Source of the DNA: Myxococcales bacterium
Lineage (GTDB): Bacteria; Myxococcota_A; Polyangia; Polyangiales; Polyangiaceae
Reading direction: 5' to 3'
Assembly: GCA_043747615.1 (NCBI GenBank)
Contig: JAYTOU010000022.1
Coordinates: 1-30,829, forward strand
DNA length: 30,829 nt
Part shown: piece after piece, positions 1 to 11,778 of the stretch
How positions within the stretch are numbered: position 1 is the first letter of the stretch
How the letters are laid out: each line of letters opens with the position of its first letter
Notes under the pieces: model-generated
What the model was told of the DNA's origin: nothing
Seen by the model: only the letters and a program-made list of their open reading frames with translations
The model's database searches: none
Translations under genes and position numbers: made by a program

Positions 1-1184
<1,184 letters not shown>

Positions 1185-1185
<1 letters not shown>

Positions 1186-1604
1186 TGCCCTCCTTCGATC
1201 GCGATCCGAGCCATTGGCTCTTCAAGTTTTCACCCGACGAATGGATTCGCGCCGCGCTGGCCGAGATCCATCGAGCGGAGGACGCGTACCGTGCGCACAA
1301 CGCAAAAGGAGGCCTCGCCGGGGCCAAGCGGGCAGCGGGGATGGCCCTGAACGCCGCGCTCATCGTGGAGCCGAACGACAAATGGGGCCGTGCGTACGTC
1401 GATCACGTGATGGCGCTCGGCCGGGACGACTCGGTGCCGGCCGCCGTGAAAAACGCTTGCAAAGTGCTCTTGGAGACGCACGCCGGTGGGGTCTTCGTGA
1501 TTCTGCGCAGCCCGCGCTCGGACGAGCTCGTGCTCGAGGCGGCGCGCGATCTGGTGGCCCATGCCTACGCCGTTGTGAGACGAAATGAACCGCTCCAAAC
1601 TTAG
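1185..1604 (+). CDS. Hypothetical 139-aa helical protein, HEPN-like
   Basis: ATG at 1185 overlaps the spoVR TAA (TAATG). Sequence MPSFDRDPSHWLFKFSPDEWIRAALAEIHRAEDAY...AKRAAGMALNAAL...VLEAARDLVAHAY. The helix pattern resembles HEPN (inference). The 699 start in the ORF track is a shadow extension. Confidence 0.7.
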
Positions 1605-2745
1605 CAGTCTGTTCATTCTTTTCGTGACGGCATGCGTACACGAAGACGCGAAGCCGCCGGTTGTCGCGCTCGATCCGACGCCGGTGACCACATCGACTGC
1701 CGCCCCGCCGACCGCCGCTCCGGCGGTGACCACGCCGTCGCCGGCAGCACCCGTGACGACGAACCCGCTCACGCTCCCCCCGCCGCGTCCGACCACCATT
1801 CCTCTCGCGGCGCAGAGCGACGACAAAGTCGACACCGCGCTCGTGCAGGGGGACGCGGCGTTCGAGAGCGGAGATGTCCCTGGGGCGTTGAAGCTCTACG
1901 AAGCGGCGCTGAAGGCTGCGCCGAAGCGGGCGGCTCCGATGGTGGGCGTTGCCCGCGTGAGGATCGCCAAGGTAAACGCCCCCATGGATTTCGCGGCGGC
2001 CAAGGGGAACGCGGAGGTCCTCGCGGCGTCGAAGGATTTGCGGCGCGCGGTTTCCGTCGATCCGTCGTTCGGTCCCGCGCAAGTCGAGCTTGGGCGGGCG
2101 CTCCTTCTTTTGGGCGATGCCCCGGGGGCGATCGAGTCGCTCCGACGTGGCGCGCAGCTTTTACCGAACGAGCCCGAGTCGCACTCTGCGCTGGGGGTTG
2201 CGCTGCTCGCCACGGGAAAAGGCGACGAAGCGCTCGGCGAGCTCTCGCGCGCAGCAGATCTCGATCCGGGAAGCGCCCCGCGGCACGGAAATTTGGGCAC
2301 CGTTCTCTTCATGCGCGGGCGCGTGAAGGACGCCGTGAAGGAGTACGAAGTTCAGGCGCGCCTGTCCGACGGCGAGGCGCGTGCTCATTCGGATCTCGGG
2401 ACGGCGCTGCTGGCCGACAACGACATTTCGCGCGCCCTGAAAGAGCTGGAGCGCGCGATCGCCCTCGATCCGAAGCGCGCCACGTTCCACTCCAACCTGG
2501 GCTATGCCCTGCAAATCCAGGGTAAACGGAGCGAGGCTATCGCCGCGTACCGAGACGCGCTCAGGCTCGACGACAAGCTGGCGAGTGCCTGGATTAACCT
2601 GGCGACAGCGCTGGCGCGCGATCCGAAATCTCGAGCCGAGGCACGTGCCGCGCTCGAAAAAGCTCGAGCGATCGATCCAACGGATCCGCGCGTGAAGGCC
2701 AATCTCGAAGAGCTCGATGACCTGGAAAAAGGCAAGTCGCCTTAG
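1585..2745 (+). CDS. Tetratricopeptide-repeat lipoprotein
   Basis: Signal peptide with lipobox FVTAC, then a Pro/Thr/Ala linker and multiple TPRs (AQVELGRAL, SHSALGVAL, HGNLGTVL, AHSDLGTAL, FHSNLGYAL, AWINLATAL). Overlaps the upstream ORF by 20 nt. Confidence 0.9.
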   Translation: MNRSKLSSLFILFVTACVHEDAKPPVVALDPTPVTTSTAAPPTAAPAVTTPSPAAPVTTNPLTLPPPRPTTIPLAAQSDDKVDTALVQGDAAFESGDVPGALKLYEAALKAAPKRAAPMVGVARVRIAKVNAPMDFAAAKGNAEVLAASKDLRRAVSVDPSFGPAQVELGRALLLLGDAPGAIESLRRGAQLLPNEPESHSALGVALLATGKGDEALGELSRAADLDPGSAPRHGNLGTVLFMRGRVKDAVKEYEVQARLSDGEARAHSDLGTALLADNDISRALKELERAIALDPKRATFHSNLGYALQIQGKRSEAIAAYRDALRLDDKLASAWINLATALARDPKSRAEARAALEKARAIDPTDPRVKANLEELDDLEKGKSP

Positions 2746-2837
2746 CGACGCGTGAGGCGTGCGTGACCACGTGCGGTGTTCAGCGGATGCCCGGCCGCGT
2801 GACGATTGATTTCTCGCCTGTGGTTGATTTGACCGCG

Positions 2838-2940
2838 TTCTTCATCAAGCAGGACACGGGCCCCGATGCATTCGTTCACTACTCGCAAATCGCCGGCGAG
2901 GGTTGCCGCTGGCCTAGCCGAAGACGAAACGGTCCGTGAA
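2838..2940 (+). pseudogene. Cold-shock protein (CSD) gene remnant
   Basis: 2838-2909 translates FFIKQDTGPDAFVHYSQIAGEGCR. Skipping one base (2910) continues GLAEDETVRE. This matches the Csp pattern FIxxxxGxDVFVHYSxIxGEGFRTLxEGExVxF. The N-terminal KWF/KGFG part and the C-terminal strands are missing. Confidence 0.75.
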
Positions 2941-2956
2941 CGTCGTGCGCGCCGAA

Positions 2957-3877
2957 CTACGAGCTTAGAATAGGCACCTCGACGATATCGAAGGCGTCGC
3001 GCTTCGGATCGAGGACATGTGCTTCGATCCGGAGAACGTGACCCGCGTCGGCGATCTCGTAGAGGTTGAACCCCGCCATCCTTGCGGCGTGGTCGTGGTG
3101 CAGAGACGCACTCGTGGCGCCGACGACGTGCATCTTCCCCGCGCGGGTGGGAAGCGGACGCTGCTGCCGCCTGTGAAGATGCCCATGAAGAATCAGGCCG
3201 CGCTCGACATCCCCCATGTGACGGGAGAGATCGTCGGCGTCGATCAGACCTTCCAGCATCGTCTTCAGGCGCGAGCGCGGATTGTGAGCAGGATGATGGA
3301 GGAGGACGATCGGCGTGCGGGCCTTCACCTCGCGGTGGGCCAGGATGCGACCGAGCGCATCGAGCTGCGCGCGTCCGAGCTTTCCTGACGCCACGAAGGG
3401 GAGTCGGGGCACTGCGCTGGAGAGACCGATGATGGCGCACGGGCCGCGGAGCTTCACGTAAGGAAACTGGCCGAGCCCAATGTCCACACCGAGCTCGGGG
3501 AGATCGCTCTCGATGTACTTCGCGAAGTACGTAGAGAAGCGTTTCGCACGTAGAGCGCCACGTGTGTACAGATCGTGGTTGCCGGGGACGACACTGACCT
3601 GGCTCGGGTCGAGTGCGAGGGCATCCTCCAGGAGCGAACGCGCAGCGAGAAATTCCTGATCGAGCGCGAGGTTCGTGAGATCTCCGGTGATGCAGACGTG
3701 GTCTACCTTGGCGCGCGCGATCTCGCGGGCGATCGCACGCACGTACGCGGGGCGATGAACGTGATTCCGTTTGAATCGGAGGTTCGCGTAGCCGGAGAGG
3801 CGCTTATTCAAGAATTGATGCGGCTTGACCCCCGCTAGCGACAAGACGTGGAGATCAGAGAAGTGGGCAATGCGCAT
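2957..3877 (-). CDS. Calcineurin-like metallophosphoesterase (CpdA/Icc-like)
   Basis: All metal motifs present: FSDLH, ITGDLT, PGNHD, LHH, HGHLH. Confidence 0.92.
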   Translation of the reverse strand: MRIAHFSDLHVLSLAGVKPHQFLNKRLSGYANLRFKRNHVHRPAYVRAIAREIARAKVDHVCITGDLTNLALDQEFLAARSLLEDALALDPSQVSVVPGNHDLYTRGALRAKRFSTYFAKYIESDLPELGVDIGLGQFPYVKLRGPCAIIGLSSAVPRLPFVASGKLGRAQLDALGRILAHREVKARTPIVLLHHPAHNPRSRLKTMLEGLIDADDLSRHMGDVERGLILHGHLHRRQQRPLPTRAGKMHVVGATSASLHHDHAARMAGFNLYEIADAGHVLRIEAHVLDPKRDAFDIVEVPILSS

Positions 3878-3913
3878 TTTACCGCCTTGGGATCATGAAC
3901 AGCGTGCTGAGAT

Positions 3914-4894
3914 CTAAAACTTGGCGTCCCGTGCGCAGCGAAATCCGACGTCGGCCGAGCGGCTCGACGGGCGCATCGATCGTGCTGCGCCGCGTAGCCA
4001 CACCGCTCCTGCAGCAGCCAATGCCCCGCCCGGCGTAATGACGGTCCACCCCGTGTACGAACCGCCGCGAACCACGTGGTAGCCACCGGTGAGTGGGCCC
4101 TTGGGATTCACTTGCGGTTTTGCATCCGGGTACCCAACGCCGTTCAAGTCCAGATCGTAGAAGTCGGCGACCCACTCGGCCGCGTTGCCGGCCAGGTTGA
4201 GGACGCCCTCGGGAGTTGCTCCGTCGGCCAACGCCGTGACGGGAGCGAGCCCTTGATAGCCGTCGGTGGCGTCGGTTTCTTCGGGTGCAAGAGCGCCGTG
4301 ATTCGCGAGGTGGGGGTTGTAAACGTTGCCCCACGGAAAGAGGCGCCCCGAGGTGCCGCGCGCCGTGAACTCCCACTCCGCTTCGGTCGGCAAACGACCG
4401 CCCGCCCAGGTGCAATAAGTTCCCGCGTCTTCCCAGCGAACGTGGGTGACGGGAAACACTGGATTGTCGAAGCGCGGATCGCGGGGTGGATATGCGGCCG
4501 CGACGCAGGCTCCGGTTGCGACGCAGCGCGCATAGTCGCCGACGGAGACCTCGGTGCGATCGATCTCGAAGGACGAGAGGCGCACTTCGTGGGGATGGTG
4601 TTCCGCCTGAAGCAGCTGCCCGATTCCCTCGCGATCGCAGCGGGTGCGGAAAACCTCTTGGCGACAGAGCGCGAAGGCCGTCGATAGATCGGCCTGCGAC
4701 GAGCCCATCGTGAATGTTCCACCAGGGATCCGGACGCGCTCCGGATGCGGCACTTCGAGAGCATGGACGCCATGCGCCGGGGCGCTCGCCGATCTGGTGA
4801 GCCCCGCCCACCATGCCTCCGGACGGGGTGCACGGTGCGGCGACCCGCTGAGAGCGATGAGCGAGAGTGCCAGAAGGGAAGTATGCGCGAGCAA
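3914..4894 (-). CDS. Formylglycine-generating enzyme (FGE/SUMF1) domain protein, secreted
   Basis: IPGGTFTMGS, EIDRTEVS, PVTHVRWEDAGTYC, RLPTEAEWE, NLAGNAAEWV, RGGSY, VGFRCA. Hydrophobic N-terminus. TTG start 10 nt after the pdhC stop. Confidence 0.88.
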   Translation of the reverse strand: MLAHTSLLALSLIALSGSPHRAPRPEAWWAGLTRSASAPAHGVHALEVPHPERVRIPGGTFTMGSSQADLSTAFALCRQEVFRTRCDREGIGQLLQAEHHPHEVRLSSFEIDRTEVSVGDYARCVATGACVAAAYPPRDPRFDNPVFPVTHVRWEDAGTYCTWAGGRLPTEAEWEFTARGTSGRLFPWGNVYNPHLANHGALAPEETDATDGYQGLAPVTALADGATPEGVLNLAGNAAEWVADFYDLDLNGVGYPDAKPQVNPKGPLTGGYHVVRGGSYTGWTVITPGGALAAAGAVWLRGAARSMRPSSRSADVGFRCARDAKF

Positions 4895-4904
4895 CGTCGG
4901 ACCC

Positions 4905-6389
4905 TCAGCCGGTGAGGACCCGCATGGGGTGCTCGAGGAGAGAGCGAACCTCGGCGAGGAACGCAGCGCCGACCGCTCCGTCCACCACGCGGTGATCGCA
5001 CGAGAGGGTCATCGCGAGCCGCTTGCCGGCAGCGACGGCGCCGTCGCGGACCACGGGCTCGTCGCGGACTTGCCCCACCGCCAAGATGGCCCCCTCCGGC
5101 GGGTTGATCACTGCAGAGAAGGCGTCGATGCCGAACATGCCGAGGTTCGAGATGGAGAAGGTGCCGTCTTGCATCTCTTCCGGCTTGAGCTTCTTCGCGC
5201 GCGCGCGGGCTGCGAGATCGCGCACTTCACGGGCGACGACCACGATGCTCTTGGCGTCGGCGTTGCGGATGACGGGCGTGACGAGGCCGTCGGGAATGGC
5301 CACGGCCACCGATATGTCGATCCGGTGATGAATCAAGATCGCCTCGGGAGTGAACGAGGCATTGCATTCCGGGACGCGCACGAGGGCGACGGCGCAAGCC
5401 TTGATGAGGAGGTCGTTGACCGATATTTTCGCCGGTCTCGTGCCGTCGTCGGTTTTCTTTGGCGACGAACCTTCGAGCTCGCGGTTGATTTCTTCGCGGA
5501 AGGCGACGAGGTTCCCCGCGTCCACGTCGATGGACAGGTAGAAATGGGGAACGGTCTGCTTCGATTCGGTGAGACGCCGGGCGATCGTCTTGCGCATCAT
5601 CGACAGCGGGCGCACCTCCGGGGCAGCGAGCCCGGCCGTCTGCGGCGCTTGCATGGTCACCGGTGAGAGCGCCTGGCTCTGTGGTCGCGGATCTCGACTA
5701 CCGTTGGTCTTGATGTCCTCGATACGCTCCGTCGCCGCGCGCACTTCGAGGTCTCGCATGACCAGCCGTCCGCCGGGGCCGGTGCCTTGCGCTCCCTGAA
5801 GATCGATCCCGCGATCGCGGGCCGCTTTTCGAACGTACGGAGAGGCCATCACTCTGGCCTCAGCGGTTGCCGGCAAATCTTTTCCCCGCACGGCGGCGAG
5901 TGGCTGCTCGGAGACGCCCTCGCGCTGGGTGCGATCGAGCATCCCTCCCGTGGACACGCGTTGCCCAGCGGCTTCGGTCGGGGGAACGCGCTCCGGGCGC
6001 TGGGCCTTCGGCGCGACCTCGGAGGCGGCCGGCTGTTCCGGCGCGTCGACCGGTTTTTCGGCTGCGACGGCGACTGCCTTTTCGGGCGCAGCGGCCAGTG
6101 GAGCGGACTCCTCGCGCGCAGCCGCTGGGACGAGCGCCGTTACGTCTTCGCCCGCGTTACCCACGATGGCCACCGGATCTCCGAGCTTCACCAAGGTGCC
6201 CGCGGGGACCAAGATCTTGAGGAGCGTGCCCTTGTCGAAGGCGCGGAACTCCATCGTCGCTTTGTCGGTCTCGACTTCGGCGAGGAGATCGTCGACCTCG
6301 ACCGGATCTCCCTCCTTCTTGTGCCACGCGGAGAGAATGCCCTCCTCCATCGTCGGCGAGAGCTTGGGCATGTCTAGAATTTTGGCCAT
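4905..6389 (-). CDS. pdhC: Pyruvate dehydrogenase E2, dihydrolipoamide acetyltransferase
   Basis: Start MAKILDMPKLSPTMEEG. Single lipoyl domain EVETDKAT, Ala/Pro/Glu linker, subunit-binding domain ASPYVRKAARDRGIDL, catalytic CDHRVVDG. Confidence 0.95.
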   Translation of the reverse strand: MAKILDMPKLSPTMEEGILSAWHKKEGDPVEVDDLLAEVETDKATMEFRAFDKGTLLKILVPAGTLVKLGDPVAIVGNAGEDVTALVPAAAREESAPLAAAPEKAVAVAAEKPVDAPEQPAASEVAPKAQRPERVPPTEAAGQRVSTGGMLDRTQREGVSEQPLAAVRGKDLPATAEARVMASPYVRKAARDRGIDLQGAQGTGPGGRLVMRDLEVRAATERIEDIKTNGSRDPRPQSQALSPVTMQAPQTAGLAAPEVRPLSMMRKTIARRLTESKQTVPHFYLSIDVDAGNLVAFREEINRELEGSSPKKTDDGTRPAKISVNDLLIKACAVALVRVPECNASFTPEAILIHHRIDISVAVAIPDGLVTPVIRNADAKSIVVVAREVRDLAARARAKKLKPEEMQDGTFSISNLGMFGIDAFSAVINPPEGAILAVGQVRDEPVVRDGAVAAGKRLAMTLSCDHRVVDGAVGAAFLAEVRSLLEHPMRVLTG

Positions 6390-6433
6390 GGGTGTCCGTT
6401 CGTTGCTGTCAGTGCGCTCAGTTGCCGCGCGGC

Positions 6434-7423
6434 TTAGGAGGTCTGGCCTCGGTAGAGCACGCGCTTCACCGTGGCGACCACCCGGTCGGCTTGGGGAATA
6501 CAAAGCATCTCGAGCTTCGCGTTGTAGGGCATCGGAACGTCGAGCGTCGTCACCCGGAGGATGGGCGCGTCGAGGGCGTCGAAGGCCAGGCGCTGCACGC
6601 GGTCCGAAATTTCTGCACCGACGCCGCCGTAAGGCCAGCCCTCGTGAACGACGACGCAGCGATGCGTCTTTCGCACCGAGTGCACGATGGTGTCTTCGTC
6701 GAGCGGCCGGAGGGAGCGGAGGTCAATGACCTCCACTGAAATGCCCTCTTTTTCGAGCTGCGCGGCCGCCTCGAGAGCCACGTGCGTCATGCGCGAATAC
6801 GCGACGATCGTCACGCCCGTCCCCTCGCGCACGATCTTCGCCTTGCCGAGCGGGACGATGTCGTCGCCGTCGGGCATGTCGCCCTTCACGGAGTAGAGCG
6901 TCTCCGATTCCATCACCAGGACTGGATTCTCGTCGCGAATGGCGGCTTTGAGCAGACCCTTCGCGTCGGCCGGAAATGCGGGCGCGACGACCTTCAGACC
7001 GGGCACCGTCGCGTAGAAATGTTCCATGGCGTGACTGTGCTGACTCCCTACCTGCTTGGCGCTCGCGTTCGGCCCGCGAAAGACGATCGGGCAATTGAAC
7101 TGGCCGCCCGACATTTGCCGGAGCTTCGCGGCATTGTTCAGAATCTGATCGAAGGCGACGGCAGAAAAATTCCAGGTCATGAACTCGATGATTGGACGGA
7201 GGCCGACCATCGCCGCGCCGATGCCGATGCCTGCGAAGCCGCCCTCCGCGATGGGCGTGTCGATGACCCTTTTCTCTCCAAATTTTTCGAGCATTCCCTC
7301 GGACACCTTGTAGGCGCCCTGGTAGTGACCGACCTCCTCGCCCATCAGAAAGACGCGCTCGTCCTTCTCCATCTCTTCGGTCATCGCTTCACGGAGCGCT
7401 TCTCGGTATCGCAGGGTTCGCAT
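6434..7423 (-). CDS. pdhB: Pyruvate dehydrogenase E1 beta subunit
   Basis: GEEVGHYQGAYKVSEG, DTPIAEGGF, IEFMTWNF, QHSH, EVIDLRSLRPLD. Start is ATG 7423 (alternative TTG 7432). Confidence 0.96.
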   Translation of the reverse strand: MRTLRYREALREAMTEEMEKDERVFLMGEEVGHYQGAYKVSEGMLEKFGEKRVIDTPIAEGGFAGIGIGAAMVGLRPIIEFMTWNFSAVAFDQILNNAAKLRQMSGGQFNCPIVFRGPNASAKQVGSQHSHAMEHFYATVPGLKVVAPAFPADAKGLLKAAIRDENPVLVMESETLYSVKGDMPDGDDIVPLGKAKIVREGTGVTIVAYSRMTHVALEAAAQLEKEGISVEVIDLRSLRPLDEDTIVHSVRKTHRCVVVHEGWPYGGVGAEISDRVQRLAFDALDAPILRVTTLDVPMPYNAKLEMLCIPQADRVVATVKRVLYRGQTS

Positions 7424-7452
7424 GGTCTTCAACGCTCACTTGCCGCGCAGGC

Positions 7453-8490
7453 TCAGCCCGCGAACGGCCCTTCGTAGGTGGTCGATTCGAGAAGGGACAC
7501 ATCGGGCTCCGGGCTCTCTTCCGCGAACTTCACGGCGGCGCGCACCTCTTCTTCCACGCTCTCTTCGAGCGCGCCCATGCGCGGGTCGCTGTATCCCGCC
7601 TCGATCAGCTTCAGGCGCGCACGATGGAGCGGGTCCTTCTTCTTGCGCTCGTCGAGCTCCGCGGCGGTGCGGTACTTCGCGGGATCGCTCATGGAATGAC
7701 CACGAAAACGGTAGGTCCGAATTTCGACCAGCGTCGGGAGCGACTGCGCGCGCGCGCGCTTCACGGCTTCAGCGATGCGCTGCTCCACTTGCTGAACGTC
7801 CTCGGCGAAGAAGCGATCGTGAGCCATCCCGTAACCAAGAGCCTTCAAGGTCACGTCCTCCACCGCCATCGTTCGCGACATGGGCGTGCCCATCGAATAC
7901 TCGTTGTTCTCGCAGATGAAGACGATCGGCAGCTTCCACAGCGAGGCCAGCGAGAGCCCTTCGTGGAATCCGGCGATCGACACGGCCCCCTCCCCGAAGA
8001 AGCAAAGCGTGACGCGCTTGTCGTCGCGGTACTTGGAGGCGAAGGCCACACCCGCGGCGAGCGGAATGTGTCCACCGACGATCCCGTAGCCACCGAGCAT
8101 GTGGTTCTTCGCGTCGAACATGTGCATCGAGCCACCGAGGCCTTGCGAGCAGCCGGTGACCTTGCCCCAGAGCTCGGCCATGAGAGCGTTTGCGGGCATT
8201 CCTTTCGCAAGGGCCATGCCGTGATCGCGGTACGTGGTGATGACGTAGTCGTCGGGCTCGAGCGCCGCGACCGCGCCGACCGCGATGGCCTCCTGGCCGA
8301 TGTAGAGGTGGAGGAAGCCGCCGATCTTGCCCTGCGCGTAGGCCCGAGCCGCTTCTTCCTCGATGCGCCGAATGAGAAACATCTGGCGGTAAAGCGAGGC
8401 GAGGTGGTCGAGATCGCTGCTCGGTCGGGTCGGCGGCGCTAGGGAGCCCTTCGAATCGGGGCCAGCGCTTTGCTGGATTTCTGTGCGCAT
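7453..8490 (-). CDS. pdhA: Pyruvate dehydrogenase E1 alpha subunit
   Basis: GKIGGFLHLYIGQEA, TYRDHG, GGSMH, TPP motif GEGA...ENNEYSMGT, YRFRGHSMSDP. Start is ATG 8490 (alternative GTG 8529). Confidence 0.96.
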   Translation of the reverse strand: MRTEIQQSAGPDSKGSLAPPTRPSSDLDHLASLYRQMFLIRRIEEEAARAYAQGKIGGFLHLYIGQEAIAVGAVAALEPDDYVITTYRDHGMALAKGMPANALMAELWGKVTGCSQGLGGSMHMFDAKNHMLGGYGIVGGHIPLAAGVAFASKYRDDKRVTLCFFGEGAVSIAGFHEGLSLASLWKLPIVFICENNEYSMGTPMSRTMAVEDVTLKALGYGMAHDRFFAEDVQQVEQRIAEAVKRARAQSLPTLVEIRTYRFRGHSMSDPAKYRTAAELDERKKKDPLHRARLKLIEAGYSDPRMGALEESVEEEVRAAVKFAEESPEPDVSLLESTTYEGPFAG

Positions 8491-8780
8491 AGGGCCGAGA
8501 AGTCTAGGGCCTCCTTCGCCCCGAGTCACGGCTCGATCGGACTTGTTTCTTCGGTTGGCACCGCGGTCGCGGTCGCGTGTGTGGGCCGCTTCGGCTTCGC
8601 GTCCTTTGGCGTTGCACGCTTACCAAAGACCAGGAGCGCGATGATCGAGAGGAACGCGGCGGCTGCGAAGTGGTTGTGGGTCCTGCGCGTTCCCGGCGCG
8701 ATCGATTTCGGCGAGCCACGAGCGCCTCCTTCGCCTCCGGTGGAGTCTCGAGATCGTCGGGGAGAATCTCCTCCGTTAGC

Positions 8781-9844
8781 TTAGCGGACGTCGGGATTGA
8801 AGCACGCGACCTTGTGGCCGCTCCCCTTGTGGAGCTCTTCGAGGGGCGGGGCTTCCCTGTCGCAGCGGCCCTTGATTGCCCGCGGGCAGCGAGGATGGAA
8901 CGAGCACCCGGACGGCGGAGAGATCGGCGAGGGCACGTCTCCTTCGAGCACCATCCGCAGCCTTTTTTTGGAGGGATCGGCGATCGGTACCGCGCTCAAG
9001 AGCGCGTGCGTGTACGGATGAAGAGCGTCGTCGTAGAGGTCCTCGGCGAGCCCCTGCTCGACGATCTTTCCAAGATACATCACCGCAACGCGGTGGCTCA
9101 CGTGCTCCACCACCCGCAGGTCGTGGGAGATGAAGAGGTACGAGAGCCCTAACTGCTCCTGCAGCTCTTCGAGCAAGTTGATGATTTGAGCTTGGATGGA
9201 AACGTCGAGCGCGCTGATCGGCTCGTCGCACACGATGAACTCCGGCTGCACCGCGAGCGCGCGGGCGATGCCGATGCGCTGCCTCTGCCCCCCGGAGAAC
9301 TCGTGCGGGTAGCGGTTCATCGCGTCGGCGCGGAGCCCCACCTGCTTGAGGAGGTCGACGATCATCTGCGTCTCGTCTCCTTTCGTGGCCGCGAGCTTGT
9401 GGATGCGGATGGCCTCGCCGACGATCTCACGCACGGTCATGCGCGGGTTCAAGCTCGAGTACGGGTCCTGGAAGATGACCTGCATCTTTCGCCGAAGCGG
9501 CCTCATTTGCGCAGGGGTGAGGTTGACGATGTCGCGACCGTCGTAGACCACGCGCCCATACGTGGGCTCGGTCAGGCGTAAAATCAGCCTTCCGAGCGTG
9601 CTTTTCCCGCAGCCGCTCTCGCCCACCAGACCGAGGGTCTCGCCGCGCCGAACCCTAATCGACACGCCGTCCACGGCGCGCACGAAATCTTTCTCGCGCT
9701 GAAAGAAGCCGCCCGGCACGGGATAATATTTGGCGAGCTTGTCCGTGGCGACGAGCGTGCGCGGGAGGCTCTTGGCCTGCGATCCGGAAGGACCGATCGA
9801 TTTGCGGGCCGCGACGTCCGCCTGCGATTCGTCGGTTTCGGCCA

Positions 9845-9845
<1 letters not shown>
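8781..9845 (-). CDS. Oligopeptide/dipeptide ABC transporter ATP-binding subunit (OppF/DppF type)
   Basis: Walker [37 protein letters not shown]-terminal HPYT and [11 protein letters not shown] overlaps the upstream TGA (TGATG), with a GGAGGAGG SD. Confidence 0.94.
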
Positions 9846-10828
<983 letters not shown>

Positions 10829-10883
10829 GGGCGAGACTCTAGCAGGTCGACGCCTGGATTTTGCGCTATCGTTTCTGGCGCGC

Positions 10884-11609
10884 ATGGGAAATTCGGCTGT
10901 GAATGTGGGCGCGCTGGCGGTCGCGATGTTCCTCTCGGGGTGCGTTGCGCGGGCCAGGATGTGCGCGGCGCCTGCCGAGTGTGGCGCTCAGGCGAGCTGC
11001 GTCGCCGGGCGCTGCCAGCGGACGGGCGGCACACCGGCCATCCAGACCGCACGGCGGATGGTGCTCGAGCCGGTGGCCGTCGCGTACGTGCGTCGCGGCG
11101 AGGCCGTGCGAAGTGGCGCGCTCCCTCCCTCTTTTACCTTGGGTCGCGACGCCGACGGCGAGGCGCGTCTCTACCTCCGCTTTGCGGCGCCGATCCCCCG
11201 TGAAACAGCGGTCATCGAGGCCTACCTCCTCCTCGAGCGCACCGATGACCTCGACGCCGATCCCTCACCGATCACGCTCCACGCCGCGCGCGTGATCGAT
11301 ACCTGGGATCCGCGATCAATCGCCTGGGCGCGCCAGCCTCGCCTCGAAGAGACCCGCTCGCCGTCAACGACCATCACCTCGGCGGGGCGTTCGCGCGTGC
11401 GCCTGGACGTGAAGGCCCTCGTCGTCCACTGGAAGGCTCACGACAAGTCCGACCAGGGTCTGGTGATCCTCGCCGACACGAGCAGCCCAACCGGAGTCGC
11501 CTTCACGTTCGCCCCGAGCGGGAGCGACCGCGCCGCCGGCCCGCCTTCCGAGGAGGGCATCGCACCGCCCCTCGGCCTTCCCCCCGAGCTCGAAATTTAC
11601 CTAAAATAA
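10884..11609 (+). CDS. Lipoprotein with Cys-rich motif and DNRLRE/disaggregatase-like beta-sandwich
   Basis: Lipobox FLSGC, motif [18 protein letters not shown], then ARLYLRF...AVIEAYLLL...[13 protein letters not shown]...LDVKALV...QGLVI, resembling DNRLRE domains. Start codon uncertain. Confidence 0.65.
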   Translation: MGNSAVNVGALAVAMFLSGCVARARMCAAPAECGAQASCVAGRCQRTGGTPAIQTARRMVLEPVAVAYVRRGEAVRSGALPPSFTLGRDADGEARLYLRFAAPIPRETAVIEAYLLLERTDDLDADPSPITLHAARVIDTWDPRSIAWARQPRLEETRSPSTTITSAGRSRVRLDVKALVVHWKAHDKSDQGLVILADTSSPTGVAFTFAPSGSDRAAGPPSEEGIAPPLGLPPELEIYLK

Positions 11610-11778
11610 AGGGTGTTTTCGAGGTCTTGATTATTTGCGTTCGCGAGTGAACAGAGCGCCGTGTCGTTCGTCCAACTGCCAAGGCGCTTTACGACCCTTC
11701 GCTTCGACCCGCTTCCGCTTTACACTCTCTCTCCAGCTACGACCCGATTTCCAAGCCGATTCTACCGAGGTGATGGCG

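Noticed and set aside
3914..4894. FGE/C-type-lectin domain as a diversity-generating retroelement target
   Set aside because: No reverse transcriptase, and I saw no second near-identical copy (TR) of the 3' region in the window.
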